64,000 nucleotides of DNA, taken from Candidatus Zixiibacteriota bacterium. Its GTDB lineage: Bacteria; Zixibacteria; MSB-5A5; UBA10806; 4484-95. The position numbers and the translations under genes are program-made. The notes beneath the pieces are model-generated. The model did not search any database and was not told the DNA's origin. It was given only the letters and a program-made list of their open reading frames with translations. The DNA is taken from assembly GCA_037441845.1 (NCBI GenBank), contig JBBIRK010000005.1, positions 64,001 through 128,000 of the forward strand, read 5' to 3'. Positions 1 through 10,147 of this stretch are shown here, piece after piece (positions within the stretch are counted from its first letter, which is position 1; every line of letters starts with the position of its first letter).

Positions 1-11
1 GCAGATATCCC

Positions 12-40
12 TTGAATATGGAATGCGAATAAATTATAAG
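12..40 (+). promoter_or_regulatory. Putative sigma70 promoter of lptD (possibly leaderless)
   Basis: TTGAAT-N17-TATAAG, 6 nt before ATG 47; the -10 lacks the final T. Confidence 0.35.
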
Positions 41-46
41 CAACCC

Positions 47-3000
47 ATGAAACTTGTTTCCGCAGGAAAAGGCCGCCGCCTTATGGGCGTCGTATTGACG
101 GCTGTATTTCTGCTTTCGATCGGTTGCGACATAGTATCGGCCGATGATCGGCCGCTCGAGCTCGTTCATGCCGACAAGTTGATCTCCTCCGGCGGCGATG
201 ACAATAATCTCACCCACCTGGTGGGAAATGTACACCTTCGCCACGGAAACATCGAATTGCGTTCCGACCGGGCCACTTGGAGCCGGCGGACCGACGTGGC
301 GGCGTTCAACGGTGCGGTTTCGATGATCGATTCGTCCCGTTCCCTTTTTTGCAATCATCTTACGTATTACCGCGCCACCGGCTCGGCGATGGCGGTGGGT
401 GGCGTCATCCTCAGGGATTCCGTCGAATCGGCGACGCTGACCGCCAACAAGGTTGATTACAATAGGGAAAGCGGGAAAATGATCGCCACGGGCGGGCCGA
501 TCATGAAACTGGGAATGCCCGATGACACCACCAGGATCACGATATCGGCAGACACCATAGTTTACGACTTTTCGGCGAAGGTCGGATTCGCCAAGAAAGG
601 CGTGGTTATCACACGCGGAAGTTTGAGAGCCACCTGCGATTCGGCCTCGTTCCATGATAAAGGCGCCGAGATAATACTCGAGGGCGATCCGCATGCTTTC
701 CATAGGGACGGCACGGTCGAGGGCGATCGGATTCGCATTCTGACCGCCGATCGGGCGATTACCGGTATGGTGGTCGATGGCAACGCGGTTTCTCATTACA
801 GCGGTTCGGACGATTCGCTGCTGCAACGGGCGGAGGCCACGCTCAAAGGCAAGCAGCTGGAGGTCTTTTTCGAAAACGAACGGGCGACGAAAGCGGTGAT
901 GAGGCGCAATGCATCGAGTATCTACGTGCCTGCGCCTTCGGACACTCTCGCCCGCGGAATAAATTACGCCAGCGGGGATTCGATCACTCTGTTTTTCGAC
1001 GAATCACGCATAAGCAGGGTATTAGTGTTGGGCGGCGCACAAGGGAAATATATCGAACAGAAAACCGGCGGCGACGGATCGGTCAAACCGGAGACGACCT
1101 ATTATGAGGGTCGGGAAATCGACTATCTGGTCGCTGACGGCAAAATCGTCATGTCGGGGGCGTCCTTGCTTAAATACCAGCAACTTAAGCTCGAATCGGC
1201 ATCGATCAAGTATAATATCGATGAGAGAATTTTAATTGCCGAGGGGATCCCTGTGGAAACCGACAGCGGTTCGATTCTGGAAGGTGCGCCTGTTCTTTAC
1301 GACGCCGATCAGAAATTGAACGGCAATCGGATGACCTATAATATCGAAACCCGTCGCGGCAAAGTGGAAGTCGGTTGGACCCAGTATGAACAGGGATATT
1401 ATAAGGGGAAGAAATTAAGACAGGTCGAAGAGGACGTTCTCTTCGTCGAATCGGGCAGCTACACCAGCTGTGAACTCGCCGAGCCGCATTATCATTTCTA
1501 CAGCCAAAAAATGAAAATGAAGGCCCGCGATAAAATTTTCGCCAAGCCGGTAGTGCTGTTCATCGGGCCGATTCCCGTAGCGGCATTGCCGTATTATGTT
1601 TTTCCCATCCGCAAGGGAAGACACTCGGGATTTCTTACGTTCGAACTCGGAAGTTTTCAGAAAGGTCAGCGTTACATCCGCAAACTCGGATATTACTGGG
1701 CGGCCTCGGATTACTGGGATATTCAAGGCGGGTTGGATATTTATGAGAACGATCGGGTGATCGTGAACGGCATGGTCAACTACGCTTTGCGCTATCGACT
1801 TTCGGGCAATATCGGCGGCTCATTCACCAGAACATCGCGATGGTTGAATTATCAGCGCAATATCAGCCAAGGCTGGGCGATAAGATTCGCTCATAATCAA
1901 ACGTTGACTCAAAGCATGAGTTTGCGTGCCGGCGGTTCATTTCAGTCGGATAAATCATATATACTCGACACTCAATTCGACCCTCAGGAGAGACTTAACA
2001 GAACAGTCAGGGCGAGCGCCAGCCTGAATCAGAAATGGAAAAATTCCTCGATTGCCATAGCCGCCGATCAAAGCTGGAACCTCGACACCGACGCCAAGAC
2101 GCAATTATTACCATCGATATCGTTCAATCGAAGTTCACTTCCCATATTCCCAACCCCTGATACCGATGGCCGGGCGCGGAAAAGAATTTTGCCATGGGAA
2201 GAACCTCCGGAAAAGGCCTCTCCGAAATGGTATAATTCCATCTATTTCTCTCTGCAAAGCGATTACCAACGCAAACGCAGTTATCTTCAAAAGAAAGCGG
2301 TGGCCGACTGGCAAGCGTTTCAAACGCTGAATTCGAGAATCGCCTTTTCCGCCCCCCAGAAACTGGGCGGAATTCTTACTCTGAACCCATCGGCGAATAT
2401 AACGCAAACCATTTACAAGATAGATCAAATTCATTCGGCGGACACGCTTTCGTTCGCCACCGATGGTTATTATCGGCGGGAGGTTTGGTCGGCGGCGCTG
2501 ACCGCGTCAACGGCTATCTATGGCACCGTTTATCCCAATCTGCTTTCCCTGACAGGACTTCGCCACGTGATGAATCCCTCGATAAGCTACAATTATCGCC
2601 CGAAGATCGACAAGAACAAGGAGTTCGTCTCCTATACTGGAGTGGGGACATCATCCGTCCGCTCCAGAACGATTTCGATGTCACTTAGGAATTTATTTCA
2701 GGCCAGAGTCAAAAAAGGCGAATCCGACAGAAAATTCGATTTATTCAACCTCGACTTCTCGAGCGGCTATAATTTCGAGGCGAAAACAAAAAAATGGAGT
2801 AATATTTCAAGCAGCCTCAACAGCAGCGCCCTTAAAATCGTAACCGTGTCGGCGTCATCTTCGCACAGCCTCTACCACCCGATTACCGGTGAACTGAACT
2901 TAACCTCTCCCCGACTCGAAAGCTTCTCGCTGTCATCTTCGTTAAACCGATCGATCCGTCTTGGATATGACGATGAGAACAGCACATTGCAAAGCGATGA

Positions 3001-3394
3001 AGCGGCAGCAATCGATTACGGGCAGGCTCGAAGAAAAGATCGAACCGATCGAAATACCGACGGTTTGGCCCGCCTTGATTTCAACCTGTCATATCGTTAC
3101 AGCGAAAGCCGCGGTCTGACCGGCAAAAGCATAACCCGATGGGTCGATTCGGCATTCGACTTGAATCTAACCCCGGGATGGAAATTCCAGTATTCACTGC
3201 ATTATGATTTCAAGGCCAAGAAAGCCAGTTCGCAAAATCTGAAAATCAGCCGCGACCTACATTGCTGGCAAGGCGAGTTCATCTGGGTGCCCACGGGTGC
3301 ATTGGCCGGCTATTATTTTCGGATCTATATCAAGCAACATCAAGATATAAAGATCGAACAATCCCGGGGAGGCGTTCGCGGCGGCTACTATTAA
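47..3394 (+). CDS. lptD: LPS assembly protein LptD with fused N-terminal OstA/LptA-like jellyroll repeats
   Basis: Signal peptide, then repeated OstA-like segments (GNVHLRH..LRSDRA, GGVILRD..LTANKVDY, GDRI/GKQL/GDSI), then LptD N-domain (YTSC..PHYHF, P.VL.IG.IPV.ALPY..FP...GR.SG), then a beta-barrel ending RDLHCW..W.P..YYF.I.IK. The ORF opens at 23; ATG 47 preferred because a promoter lies just upstream. Confidence 0.85.
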   Translation: MKLVSAGKGRRLMGVVLTAVFLLSIGCDIVSADDRPLELVHADKLISSGGDDNNLTHLVGNVHLRHGNIELRSDRATWSRRTDVAAFNGAVSMIDSSRSLFCNHLTYYRATGSAMAVGGVILRDSVESATLTANKVDYNRESGKMIATGGPIMKLGMPDDTTRITISADTIVYDFSAKVGFAKKGVVITRGSLRATCDSASFHDKGAEIILEGDPHAFHRDGTVEGDRIRILTADRAITGMVVDGNAVSHYSGSDDSLLQRAEATLKGKQLEVFFENERATKAVMRRNASSIYVPAPSDTLARGINYASGDSITLFFDESRISRVLVLGGAQGKYIEQKTGGDGSVKPETTYYEGREIDYLVADGKIVMSGASLLKYQQLKLESASIKYNIDERILIAEGIPVETDSGSILEGAPVLYDADQKLNGNRMTYNIETRRGKVEVGWTQYEQGYYKGKKLRQVEEDVLFVESGSYTSCELAEPHYHFYSQKMKMKARDKIFAKPVVLFIGPIPVAALPYYVFPIRKGRHSGFLTFELGSFQKGQRYIRKLGYYWAASDYWDIQGGLDIYENDRVIVNGMVNYALRYRLSGNIGGSFTRTSRWLNYQRNISQGWAIRFAHNQTLTQSMSLRAGGSFQSDKSYILDTQFDPQERLNRTVRASASLNQKWKNSSIAIAADQSWNLDTDAKTQLLPSISFNRSSLPIFPTPDTDGRARKRILPWEEPPEKASPKWYNSIYFSLQSDYQRKRSYLQKKAVADWQAFQTLNSRIAFSAPQKLGGILTLNPSANITQTIYKIDQIHSADTLSFATDGYYRREVWSAALTASTAIYGTVYPNLLSLTGLRHVMNPSISYNYRPKIDKNKEFVSYTGVGTSSVRSRTISMSLRNLFQARVKKGESDRKFDLFNLDFSSGYNFEAKTKKWSNISSSLNSSALKIVTVSASSSHSLYHPITGELNLTSPRLESFSLSSSLNRSIRLGYDDENSTLQSDEAAAIDYGQARRKDRTDRNTDGLARLDFNLSYRYSESRGLTGKSITRWVDSAFDLNLTPGWKFQYSLHYDFKAKKASSQNLKISRDLHCWQGEFIWVPTGALAGYYFRIYIKQHQDIKIEQSRGGVRGGYY

Positions 3395-3471
3395 GTTTCG
3401 ACAATAGCGAACAAGTCGCCCTAAACCGCGGAATTTCCGAATCGCTCCTATTGCCGCTTTCCGTTGCATAG

Positions 3472-3504
3472 AAAAAAGGCGCCAGGTCGGTCTGACCCGG
3501 CGCC
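3472..3504 (-). terminator. Intrinsic terminator of the dockerin-protein gene
   Basis: On the minus strand, GGCGCCGGGTC/GACCTGGCGCC stem followed by TTTTTT. Confidence 0.75.
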
Positions 3505-3526
3505 CATGATCATCAATCCAATCAGC

Positions 3527-6500
3527 TTATCTGCTTCTGTTCGGAAGGACGCTTTCCCCCGGCCTGAGAATCGGAGGCGGGAAGAAATGGCAGTAACTCA
3601 ACGAGGCGGCACCCTTGAAATAGGCCACCAACCTGGTTATGTCCGAGCCTCTGAATTCGCAATTGCCGTTGACGTCACCAGCCACATACAGGTAGGTGCC
3701 CGTCGAATCCATGTAGCAACTATCGGGAGGCGCAGATCCTATCCCTTTGAAATAGCGAACGCCGTAAGTTACATCGCCGCCGATTCGATTGCCGTCTCCA
3801 TTGATGTCACCCGGGAGGTATTCGCAGGAAGGAGCCGCCTTGAACCACTTGATCGCCCTGCCCGCGACAACCCTATTGGCGGGATTGTTGAAATTGCACT
3901 GGTAGCTGATACCCGATGGAATCTGATCGTATTCGAGGCCGATAGTGGCGCTCGAGCCGGAGCCGATGTCGCCGGCAGCGGGATACTTGTATTGGAACAA
4001 CATGGTGTTATCCTCATACAGGATAACCTCGAACTCGAGGGAATCGCTACGCTGCTCGTCGCGAGATACTTTCCACTGTATCACCAGATAATCGTTCGAC
4101 GGTTCATCGAAATATTGGTACCAAACGCCTTGCCCGTTTTCATATTGCACTATCAGATAATCCCAAAACACCGCAGCGAATGGGGCGTGCGGCGTGGAAG
4201 TGTCGGGAAGCGGACAATCGTTCGAGAGAAGCCAGGTATCTCTGGTTCCGAGGTGAATCTGGCCGTGGGAATTGACATAAACCGAATCGTGCGTCAAGCC
4301 GTAAAATTCGAACGGGAACGGAAGCGGAAATCCGGTCATGAAATAATGGAGAGTGGGCGAGATCTGCGTTCCCGATCCGGAGATATCGATCCAACTGTAG
4401 GTGGGACCGCCGGGCGCAAGTTCGTCTTTGAATTGATAACCGTAATCATCGGGACCGCCCTCGGATTGATGCTGATAACTCATAACCATAACTTCGAGAG
4501 TGTCGTTGCCGGGGTTTTCATCGCCGGGATTGCCGACAATCATCCGGAAACGGTAATTGCCGCTGACGGATGGGCTGAAATTGGCGGTGAAGATCTGTTG
4601 CAAATTAGAAAGCAGCGGCAATATCAATCCGGTCGCCGTCTCGTTATATACCACGACGTCGGATGGGTTGAAGATCGTCAGGTTGAGATCGGTTGTCTGT
4701 TGGAGATAGCCGTGATTCCTGATAGTAACCGCCGGCTGATAATTATCTCCTACAATCAGGTAGTCGACCGGATAATCGAGCGAAATAGCACCAATGTCGT
4801 CGGCAGCGATGCTCCACCGCAAATTGACGTCGAGATCTATCGCGCCGCCTTCGCCCAAAACCTGTCCTCCCACAGTAGTGTCGTGGAAATTGGCTTTCGT
4901 GAAACTGAGCGAATAAGTATCGGGATAAAGCGACACCGAATAGTTGCCGGAGGCGTCGGTCGTGTCGGTTTTTCTTAGCAAGAGCGAGGAATCATAGGCT
5001 CTTACGATCACTCCCTCTTGCGGCGTCGTCCCGCTTTGTTCATAAACCGTGCCGCTTATCGTGCCCTGAATCACCGGCCTGAGCAAGACATCCACGGTCG
5101 TAGTGAAACCATTGACGACCACGATATTGCTGATCGTCGTATCATGATGAGTGAAAACGCTGTAATGCGCGGAATAAGTGCCGGCATTCAAGACAAACGA
5201 ATACAGACCGAGCGCGGTAGTCGTATCGGTCGCCACCAAAACGTTAAGGCTGTCGCGAACCTCGACTATAACGCTGTCTATCGGAGTGGTGCCGTCAAGT
5301 TCATAAACATGACCGTTGAATGTGCCGTTGAATCCGGCAAGGTAGTTGTCGTTGCGTGAATAAGCCATCTCCTGGTAACTGTTGCTCGATGACGGATAAT
5401 TCGTGTAGTAGGCGACGTGCAGCGTATCTCCGGCGGTAACGGCGATTGTCGGGATATATGAGCGATCATAAGTGCCGCCGTCATTATAGGTCACCGGATC
5501 GGGCGACGAAGTCCAGGTCAAGCCATGGTCGAAAGAATAAAGCGCATAGATGGCACGGGTGTTGGGAAATCCCGGGTATTCCTCATCGATCAGCGCAATC
5601 AAATCGCCGTTCGAGGCTATCCCGATTTCCGGAGTGTAGAAATCATAACCCGAACCGGTGTATATCTTGCCGTTCGTCCAGGAGACACCGCCGTTGGTCG
5701 TGCCGACATAATATACTGTATCAATGATGCAGTAAACGGCATGCACATAACCTGCTGCTCCGGCCACGATCCTCGGCGCACCGTAACTGTTCGATGTATA
5801 AGTCATGGTGATCAGGCTGTCGCCCGTTTCGCTGGAAAACGTGACACCGCCGTCGGTCGATGCGCCGTAATACATGCCGTAAAGGCCGTCCGGGCCGCGT
5901 TCTTTCCAGATAACGTGAATTTTATTGTCGGCGCCCACGGCTATATCGGCTTGAAAACCGCTCGAATCCGGAAAGCCTATGCACCTGTCGCCGGACCGTC
6001 CGCTCCAAGTAGCACCATGATCGGTCGATCTGGAATAAAATATATCCGCCTTGTTGGTGGTGGGATGATTCTGATTCCAAACCACATGAACGTTGTCGTT
6101 GTGATCAATCGCAATCGCCGGATAGTTGACTGTGACGCTAGTCAGGGTGTCGCTGATCGGAAAATCCAGATCGGAATGGATCCAGGTTAGCCCGTTATCG
6201 GTTGAAATCACAACCATGATTTCATAAGAAGTATCGAAATCGGCCTGAGTGTATTTCTCCGGCCAAATGACGAAAATCCTCCCCTCGCTATCGGTGGCTA
6301 TGTCAATGCGCCTGCTTCCAAATATCCCGGCGTTATAAACCTGCTCATTATCATAAGCGCTGATCTGCACATCTCCTGCGGTTCCGCTCCAGGTCTGGCC
6401 GTTGTCGGTGGAACGCGAGAAAAAGATCTCGTAGGGATTTGTCCCTGTCCTTCCGACCCAGACGGCATAGAGATAACCGTTGGGACCGGCCGCCAGCGAC

Positions 6501-6637
6501 GGCGCATACACGATCCCGTTGGGCGGTGGGAGCATGCTGATAATTTGGTCGCCGGTGCTTCCTGACCATGTCGCAAAGGCGCTCGACCATACCATTAACA
6601 CCATCAAAGCACCGGTAAACAACTTAACCTTTCCCAT
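3527..6637 (-). CDS. Secreted multidomain protein: BNR/Asp-box beta-propeller, two carboxypeptidase-regulatory-like repeats, CARDB-like Ig, NIDO-like region, C-terminal dockerin
   Basis: Signal peptide; six Asp-box motifs (STDNGQTW, STDNGLTW, STDHGATW, STDGGVTF, TTNGGVSW, SFDHGLTW); repeats GTFNGHVYE..TP and GTISGTVYE..TP; dockerin duplicated loops GDINGDG..GGDVTY.VRYFKG and GDVNGNC..GSDITRLVAYFKG; AGGAGGA RBS. Confidence 0.75.
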   Translation of the reverse strand: MGKVKLFTGALMVLMVWSSAFATWSGSTGDQIISMLPPPNGIVYAPSLAAGPNGYLYAVWVGRTGTNPYEIFFSRSTDNGQTWSGTAGDVQISAYDNEQVYNAGIFGSRRIDIATDSEGRIFVIWPEKYTQADFDTSYEIMVVISTDNGLTWIHSDLDFPISDTLTSVTVNYPAIAIDHNDNVHVVWNQNHPTTNKADIFYSRSTDHGATWSGRSGDRCIGFPDSSGFQADIAVGADNKIHVIWKERGPDGLYGMYYGASTDGGVTFSSETGDSLITMTYTSNSYGAPRIVAGAAGYVHAVYCIIDTVYYVGTTNGGVSWTNGKIYTGSGYDFYTPEIGIASNGDLIALIDEEYPGFPNTRAIYALYSFDHGLTWTSSPDPVTYNDGGTYDRSYIPTIAVTAGDTLHVAYYTNYPSSSNSYQEMAYSRNDNYLAGFNGTFNGHVYELDGTTPIDSVIVEVRDSLNVLVATDTTTALGLYSFVLNAGTYSAHYSVFTHHDTTISNIVVVNGFTTTVDVLLRPVIQGTISGTVYEQSGTTPQEGVIVRAYDSSLLLRKTDTTDASGNYSVSLYPDTYSLSFTKANFHDTTVGGQVLGEGGAIDLDVNLRWSIAADDIGAISLDYPVDYLIVGDNYQPAVTIRNHGYLQQTTDLNLTIFNPSDVVVYNETATGLILPLLSNLQQIFTANFSPSVSGNYRFRMIVGNPGDENPGNDTLEVMVMSYQHQSEGGPDDYGYQFKDELAPGGPTYSWIDISGSGTQISPTLHYFMTGFPLPFPFEFYGLTHDSVYVNSHGQIHLGTRDTWLLSNDCPLPDTSTPHAPFAAVFWDYLIVQYENGQGVWYQYFDEPSNDYLVIQWKVSRDEQRSDSLEFEVILYEDNTMLFQYKYPAAGDIGSGSSATIGLEYDQIPSGISYQCNFNNPANRVVAGRAIKWFKAAPSCEYLPGDINGDGNRIGGDVTYGVRYFKGIGSAPPDSCYMDSTGTYLYVAGDVNGNCEFRGSDITRLVAYFKGAASLSYCHFFPPPILRPGESVLPNRSR

Positions 6638-6841
6638 CAAATCCTCCTGTTAACTGTTATTAATCAACTACTTTTATCTCTCGAAGTAAACCTTCTGAAG
6701 CTAAATAACAATAAGGCTATCTTTTTTGCTGCAATTTTCGTTTCGGATATTCAAATATCAACTCTCGACCTTAAAGCAGAAAAAACCACACGTAGAAGAA
6801 CTTATCGACCGCATAAACGAGACGGTCAATATCTATTTGTC

Positions 6842-6869
6842 AATATAATGTCAATCAATGGATTGTCAA
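6842..6869 (-). promoter_or_regulatory. Putative sigma70 promoter of the dockerin-protein gene
   Basis: TTGACA-N16-TATATT on the minus strand. Confidence 0.55.
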
Positions 6870-6872
6870 GAC

Positions 6873-6908
6873 AAAACGGCGGCCGATCAACATTTGAACG
6901 GGCCGCCG
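6873..6908 (-). terminator. Intrinsic terminator of the S8 peptidase gene
   Basis: CGGCGGCC/GGCCGCCG stem followed by TTTT on the minus strand, just after the stop codon. Confidence 0.65.
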
Positions 6909-6934
6909 AACCTTATCTTAGATTTTTTATTTGC

Positions 6935-9520
6935 CTAACGAATCAGAGCCATCTTTCTTAATTCGCTGAAATTCGACGAGCTTAATCGATAAAAGTAAAT
7001 CCCCGACACAACATCGTGACCGGCATCGCCTTTGCCACCCCATCGTATCCGATTCAAGCCTGGGACAACATCGCCATTAAAAACGGTCTTGACCAGGCGA
7101 CCTCCGATATCAAAAATATCAATGCGAGCTTTGCCGTCTGTTGGTGAAACAAACGATATTTCGGTATTGGAATTAAAGGGGTTGGGATAATTAGGCAGGA
7201 GCTTCCATTCCTGGGGCAAATTTCCGTCATCGGCGATTCCGGTTTGCTCATGCCATCCGAGAACGAAGTCATCGAGATAGATTCCATCCCCGACAGTAGA
7301 ATTATCGGTGGTCATCCTGAACCGGCATCGAAGATCGTTCATGCCGAGATACCCGGACAAATCGAAATTCAAGGTAGTGAAGACCGTTGAGGATCCGGTA
7401 ATCGGTTGCCCGATTATCTGCCATTGATTGCCGCCGTCCGAACTGACCTCGAAATAAACGAAGTCCCGGCTCGGCTGAAGTAAATATCTTGCTTTCACGC
7501 GGCAGTAGACTGTATCGGCCCAACCCAGATTAAATCTGAAGTTTCCGGTAAGGTAAGAATTGCAATTATTGCGATAGTCATGTTTCGGGCTGTCTGTGAC
7601 TGAAAGGTTGCCCGAGGCAGTTCGTTCGGCGTTCAGAGACCAGCCGCCGTTGGTGCCGCTCGATTTCCAGTAATAAAGGCCATTTTCGAAAGAATCGTTG
7701 AATTCGGTGATGCCGCTCGGTATGTGGAAATAGTGCTCGGGTGCGCCGAAAGGATAGGTGACGGTAATGCCGTTAATATCGGCCGCTTCTATATAATATT
7801 GCAGGGCACCGGTATCGGGACCGGGAATCGATGCGGAAAAATCGGCCCCGTTGCCGGTTGTCATGGCCACTGAATGAAAACTCGGATCTCCGTTTTCCCG
7901 CCAGTAAACGATACATCCGGAGGGGTTGATACCGGCCCCGCCGCTGATACGGGCGCTTATTGTAATCGGAGTTGTCAGAGGAAGACGAATCAGCGGCTCG
8001 TGATCAATTACGATATCACCAGCCGGATGATAATACATGGCTCGAGCGACGTCTAATATCCCCCAGCCGAAATAATTATCAGGATTATCCTTATTGGCCG
8101 CGGTCATCATCAACGCCTCGCGCACCATCATAGGCGTCCAGTTGGGATGCACCGAGAGCAACAGCGCTGCCGCTCCGCCGGCCAACGGAGTGGACAATGA
8201 GGTCCCCGAAGCGCTCCTATATCCGGTCATATTATATGGATCGGCACAAGCAGTGCCGATTCCGCGTGCGCATATTTCGGGCTTGATCCTGCCGTCGTAG
8301 GTGGGACCCTGAGCCGAAAACGAGGCTAGATAGCCCCATTCATCGACTGCCCCCACAGCGATAACCGAATCGCCGTCGGCGGGAGCAATTAGCGATCCGG
8401 CGCCAAGATTGCCGTCATTCCCCATCGCGGTAACCACGGTAATTCCGTTGCGCACCGCTTGGTCGGCTGCGGCGGAGACGATCGTGCTGTCTCCATTCAT
8501 ATCTGAATAAGTATAGTCTTCATCGGGGTACGAAAAATCGAATCGATAGCCGAGCGAGGCGGAAATTACGTCCGCCCCCAACGAATCCGCCCATTGGGCG
8601 CCGGCCGCCCAGTTGTCTTCCTCCACATGCAGTTCACTGTCTATATTTTCGGTTTTGGAAAGGCAGAATTGCGCGGCGTAAGCCGGCCCATAAAGTTGTC
8701 CGGAGGCCAGTCCGCCCAGCGCCGACCAAGTCAATGTGCCGTGATCCGGCTGGTTCGGAGCATCCTGGGTGGAATCGTAATCCGGATAGTTATCGCCGCG
8801 GACGAAATCATACATGTCGATCACCCTGCCTTCGCCAAACGCCGCTTGAAATGCTTGATGGGCTAAACGATATCCGGTATCCATCATGCAAACGAGCACG
8901 TCCTGTCCGGCGAATCCCAATTCATGCGCGGCCACGGCATTGATCTGCTCCAGCTGGGCAAGCGATGCGCCGTAATTCAACGTCGTGGCGGATAGAGGCG
9001 GTTCAACCGCTTGCGCTCCTTTCGGCGCGTCATCTATAGCATAACTGGAAATCGCCACCTTCTTGATGCGGACTACGAAAGGTAATTCCGCGATTCGCCG
9101 TATCTGCTCCGGAGTAGCCGAGACGGTGATTGCGTTAAACCAGCGAAGTGTGTTTTTCAACTCACATCCGGTTGCGAGCACCTGTTGGGCATAAGGTTGA
9201 AATACGGGAAGATCTTTATAATCGATAAGGTTTTCCGCGCCTTTGGCTTTTAGTCGCCTTGCCGCGGCCCTTGGGGTCAGGTTGCTTTTTTCGCTTTCGA
9301 CAGCCTCCCTATAAGCCGAAAGAGTCGAAAATCCTTTGTCGGTGAAATAAACCCACACCTTCATTCGGCTATCGGTACCGGATCCTTGGCATATTCTTTC
9401 CACATCGGCACGAATAGTTTGTTCGGATTTTTCTCTATGAAAATCGGCGGGTAACTCGTCGGCCGCAATGAGAGTTGCGGATAAAAAACAGAGAGTTATG
9501 ATAGGTTTCCAGATGCGCAT
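6935..9520 (-). CDS. Secreted S8 (subtilisin-like) serine peptidase with Ig-like and jelly-roll domains and a T9SS type A/FlgD-Ig-like C-terminal sorting domain
   Basis: Catalytic triad MDTG / DHGT / GTSLSTP; signal peptide and prodomain; C-terminus NYPNPFNS...SGIYFYRL...KMALIR. Confidence 0.9.
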   Translation of the reverse strand: MRIWKPIITLCFLSATLIAADELPADFHREKSEQTIRADVERICQGSGTDSRMKVWVYFTDKGFSTLSAYREAVESEKSNLTPRAAARRLKAKGAENLIDYKDLPVFQPYAQQVLATGCELKNTLRWFNAITVSATPEQIRRIAELPFVVRIKKVAISSYAIDDAPKGAQAVEPPLSATTLNYGASLAQLEQINAVAAHELGFAGQDVLVCMMDTGYRLAHQAFQAAFGEGRVIDMYDFVRGDNYPDYDSTQDAPNQPDHGTLTWSALGGLASGQLYGPAYAAQFCLSKTENIDSELHVEEDNWAAGAQWADSLGADVISASLGYRFDFSYPDEDYTYSDMNGDSTIVSAAADQAVRNGITVVTAMGNDGNLGAGSLIAPADGDSVIAVGAVDEWGYLASFSAQGPTYDGRIKPEICARGIGTACADPYNMTGYRSASGTSLSTPLAGGAAALLLSVHPNWTPMMVREALMMTAANKDNPDNYFGWGILDVARAMYYHPAGDIVIDHEPLIRLPLTTPITISARISGGAGINPSGCIVYWRENGDPSFHSVAMTTGNGADFSASIPGPDTGALQYYIEAADINGITVTYPFGAPEHYFHIPSGITEFNDSFENGLYYWKSSGTNGGWSLNAERTASGNLSVTDSPKHDYRNNCNSYLTGNFRFNLGWADTVYCRVKARYLLQPSRDFVYFEVSSDGGNQWQIIGQPITGSSTVFTTLNFDLSGYLGMNDLRCRFRMTTDNSTVGDGIYLDDFVLGWHEQTGIADDGNLPQEWKLLPNYPNPFNSNTEISFVSPTDGKARIDIFDIGGRLVKTVFNGDVVPGLNRIRWGGKGDAGHDVVSGIYFYRLSSSNFSELRKMALIR

Positions 9521-9556
9521 CGGTCCTCCATCGCCTCGGGCAATTCGCTCCGGCTA

Positions 9557-9584
9557 AATTTACGGTTGTTGTCGGTATTAGCAA
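9557..9584 (-). promoter_or_regulatory. Putative sigma70 promoter of the S8 peptidase gene
   Basis: TTGCTA-N16-TAAATT on the minus strand, upstream of a GGAGG RBS. Confidence 0.4.
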
Positions 9585-9653
9585 GCGAAATATCATCCAA
9601 ACCGACATCCCGTAAAGATTGAACAACGCCGCCGGGCTGCATGTTGCCTGATT

Positions 9654-10121
9654 CTAAGTCGGCAGCACGCCGCCTCGACGAACCTGTTTTTTGGCGGAAT
9701 CCCTGATATCGTAGCGAATTTCGACGCTCGGTTTCATCGGCGGTAAATCGGAAAGTCCGTGGCATGCAGGATTGTCTTTGAGCGGCACCCAACTCAATTT
9801 GAACGGGAATTTCGCCCGATATTGCTGGACCGTTTGGTAATATTGAAGCATGGATTTAGTGACAACAGGATTTTTGGTGATCTGATAGATGACCACCGCG
9901 GCGTCGGAGTGAATTTCGATATCGGTGCCTTTGAATATCTTGTCGTTGTTTTCGATGAATTTAAGGAGGCTTATCAAGGCGGCGAATTGAATATCGTACA
10001 GATTTCCCGACCAGCGGCTTCGGAATATAATTCCGAGATCGGGGACGGCGAAACTAACGATACCATCGCTTTTAATCAGCGGATCGGTTTGGTCAGTTGA
10101 TCCATGAAAATAGCAGCGCAT
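9654..10121 (-). CDS. RNase HI-like (RVT_3-type fold) protein with degenerate active site, paralogue A
   Basis: Pattern YFHG ... QFAAL..LL ... EIHSDAAVVIYQ ... WVPLKDNPA follows RNase HI YxDG / EYxA / DSxLVxxQ / WIPRxxNxxAD; GGAGGC RBS. Confidence 0.65.
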   Translation of the reverse strand: MRCYFHGSTDQTDPLIKSDGIVSFAVPDLGIIFRSRWSGNLYDIQFAALISLLKFIENNDKIFKGTDIEIHSDAAVVIYQITKNPVVTKSMLQYYQTVQQYRAKFPFKLSWVPLKDNPACHGLSDLPPMKPSVEIRYDIRDSAKKQVRRGGVLPT

Positions 10122-10147
10122 TTTGCCTCCTTTCTTATGAACCGTTT

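Noticed and set aside
3464..4978. 504-aa plus-strand ORF
   Set aside because: It is almost wholly antisense to the dockerin-protein gene, has no recognisable motifs and begins at that gene's terminator; a shadow ORF.
5350..6560. Sialidase call for the Asp-box protein
   Set aside because: Asp-boxes are structural only, and I could not identify the RIP motif or the catalytic Arg triad.
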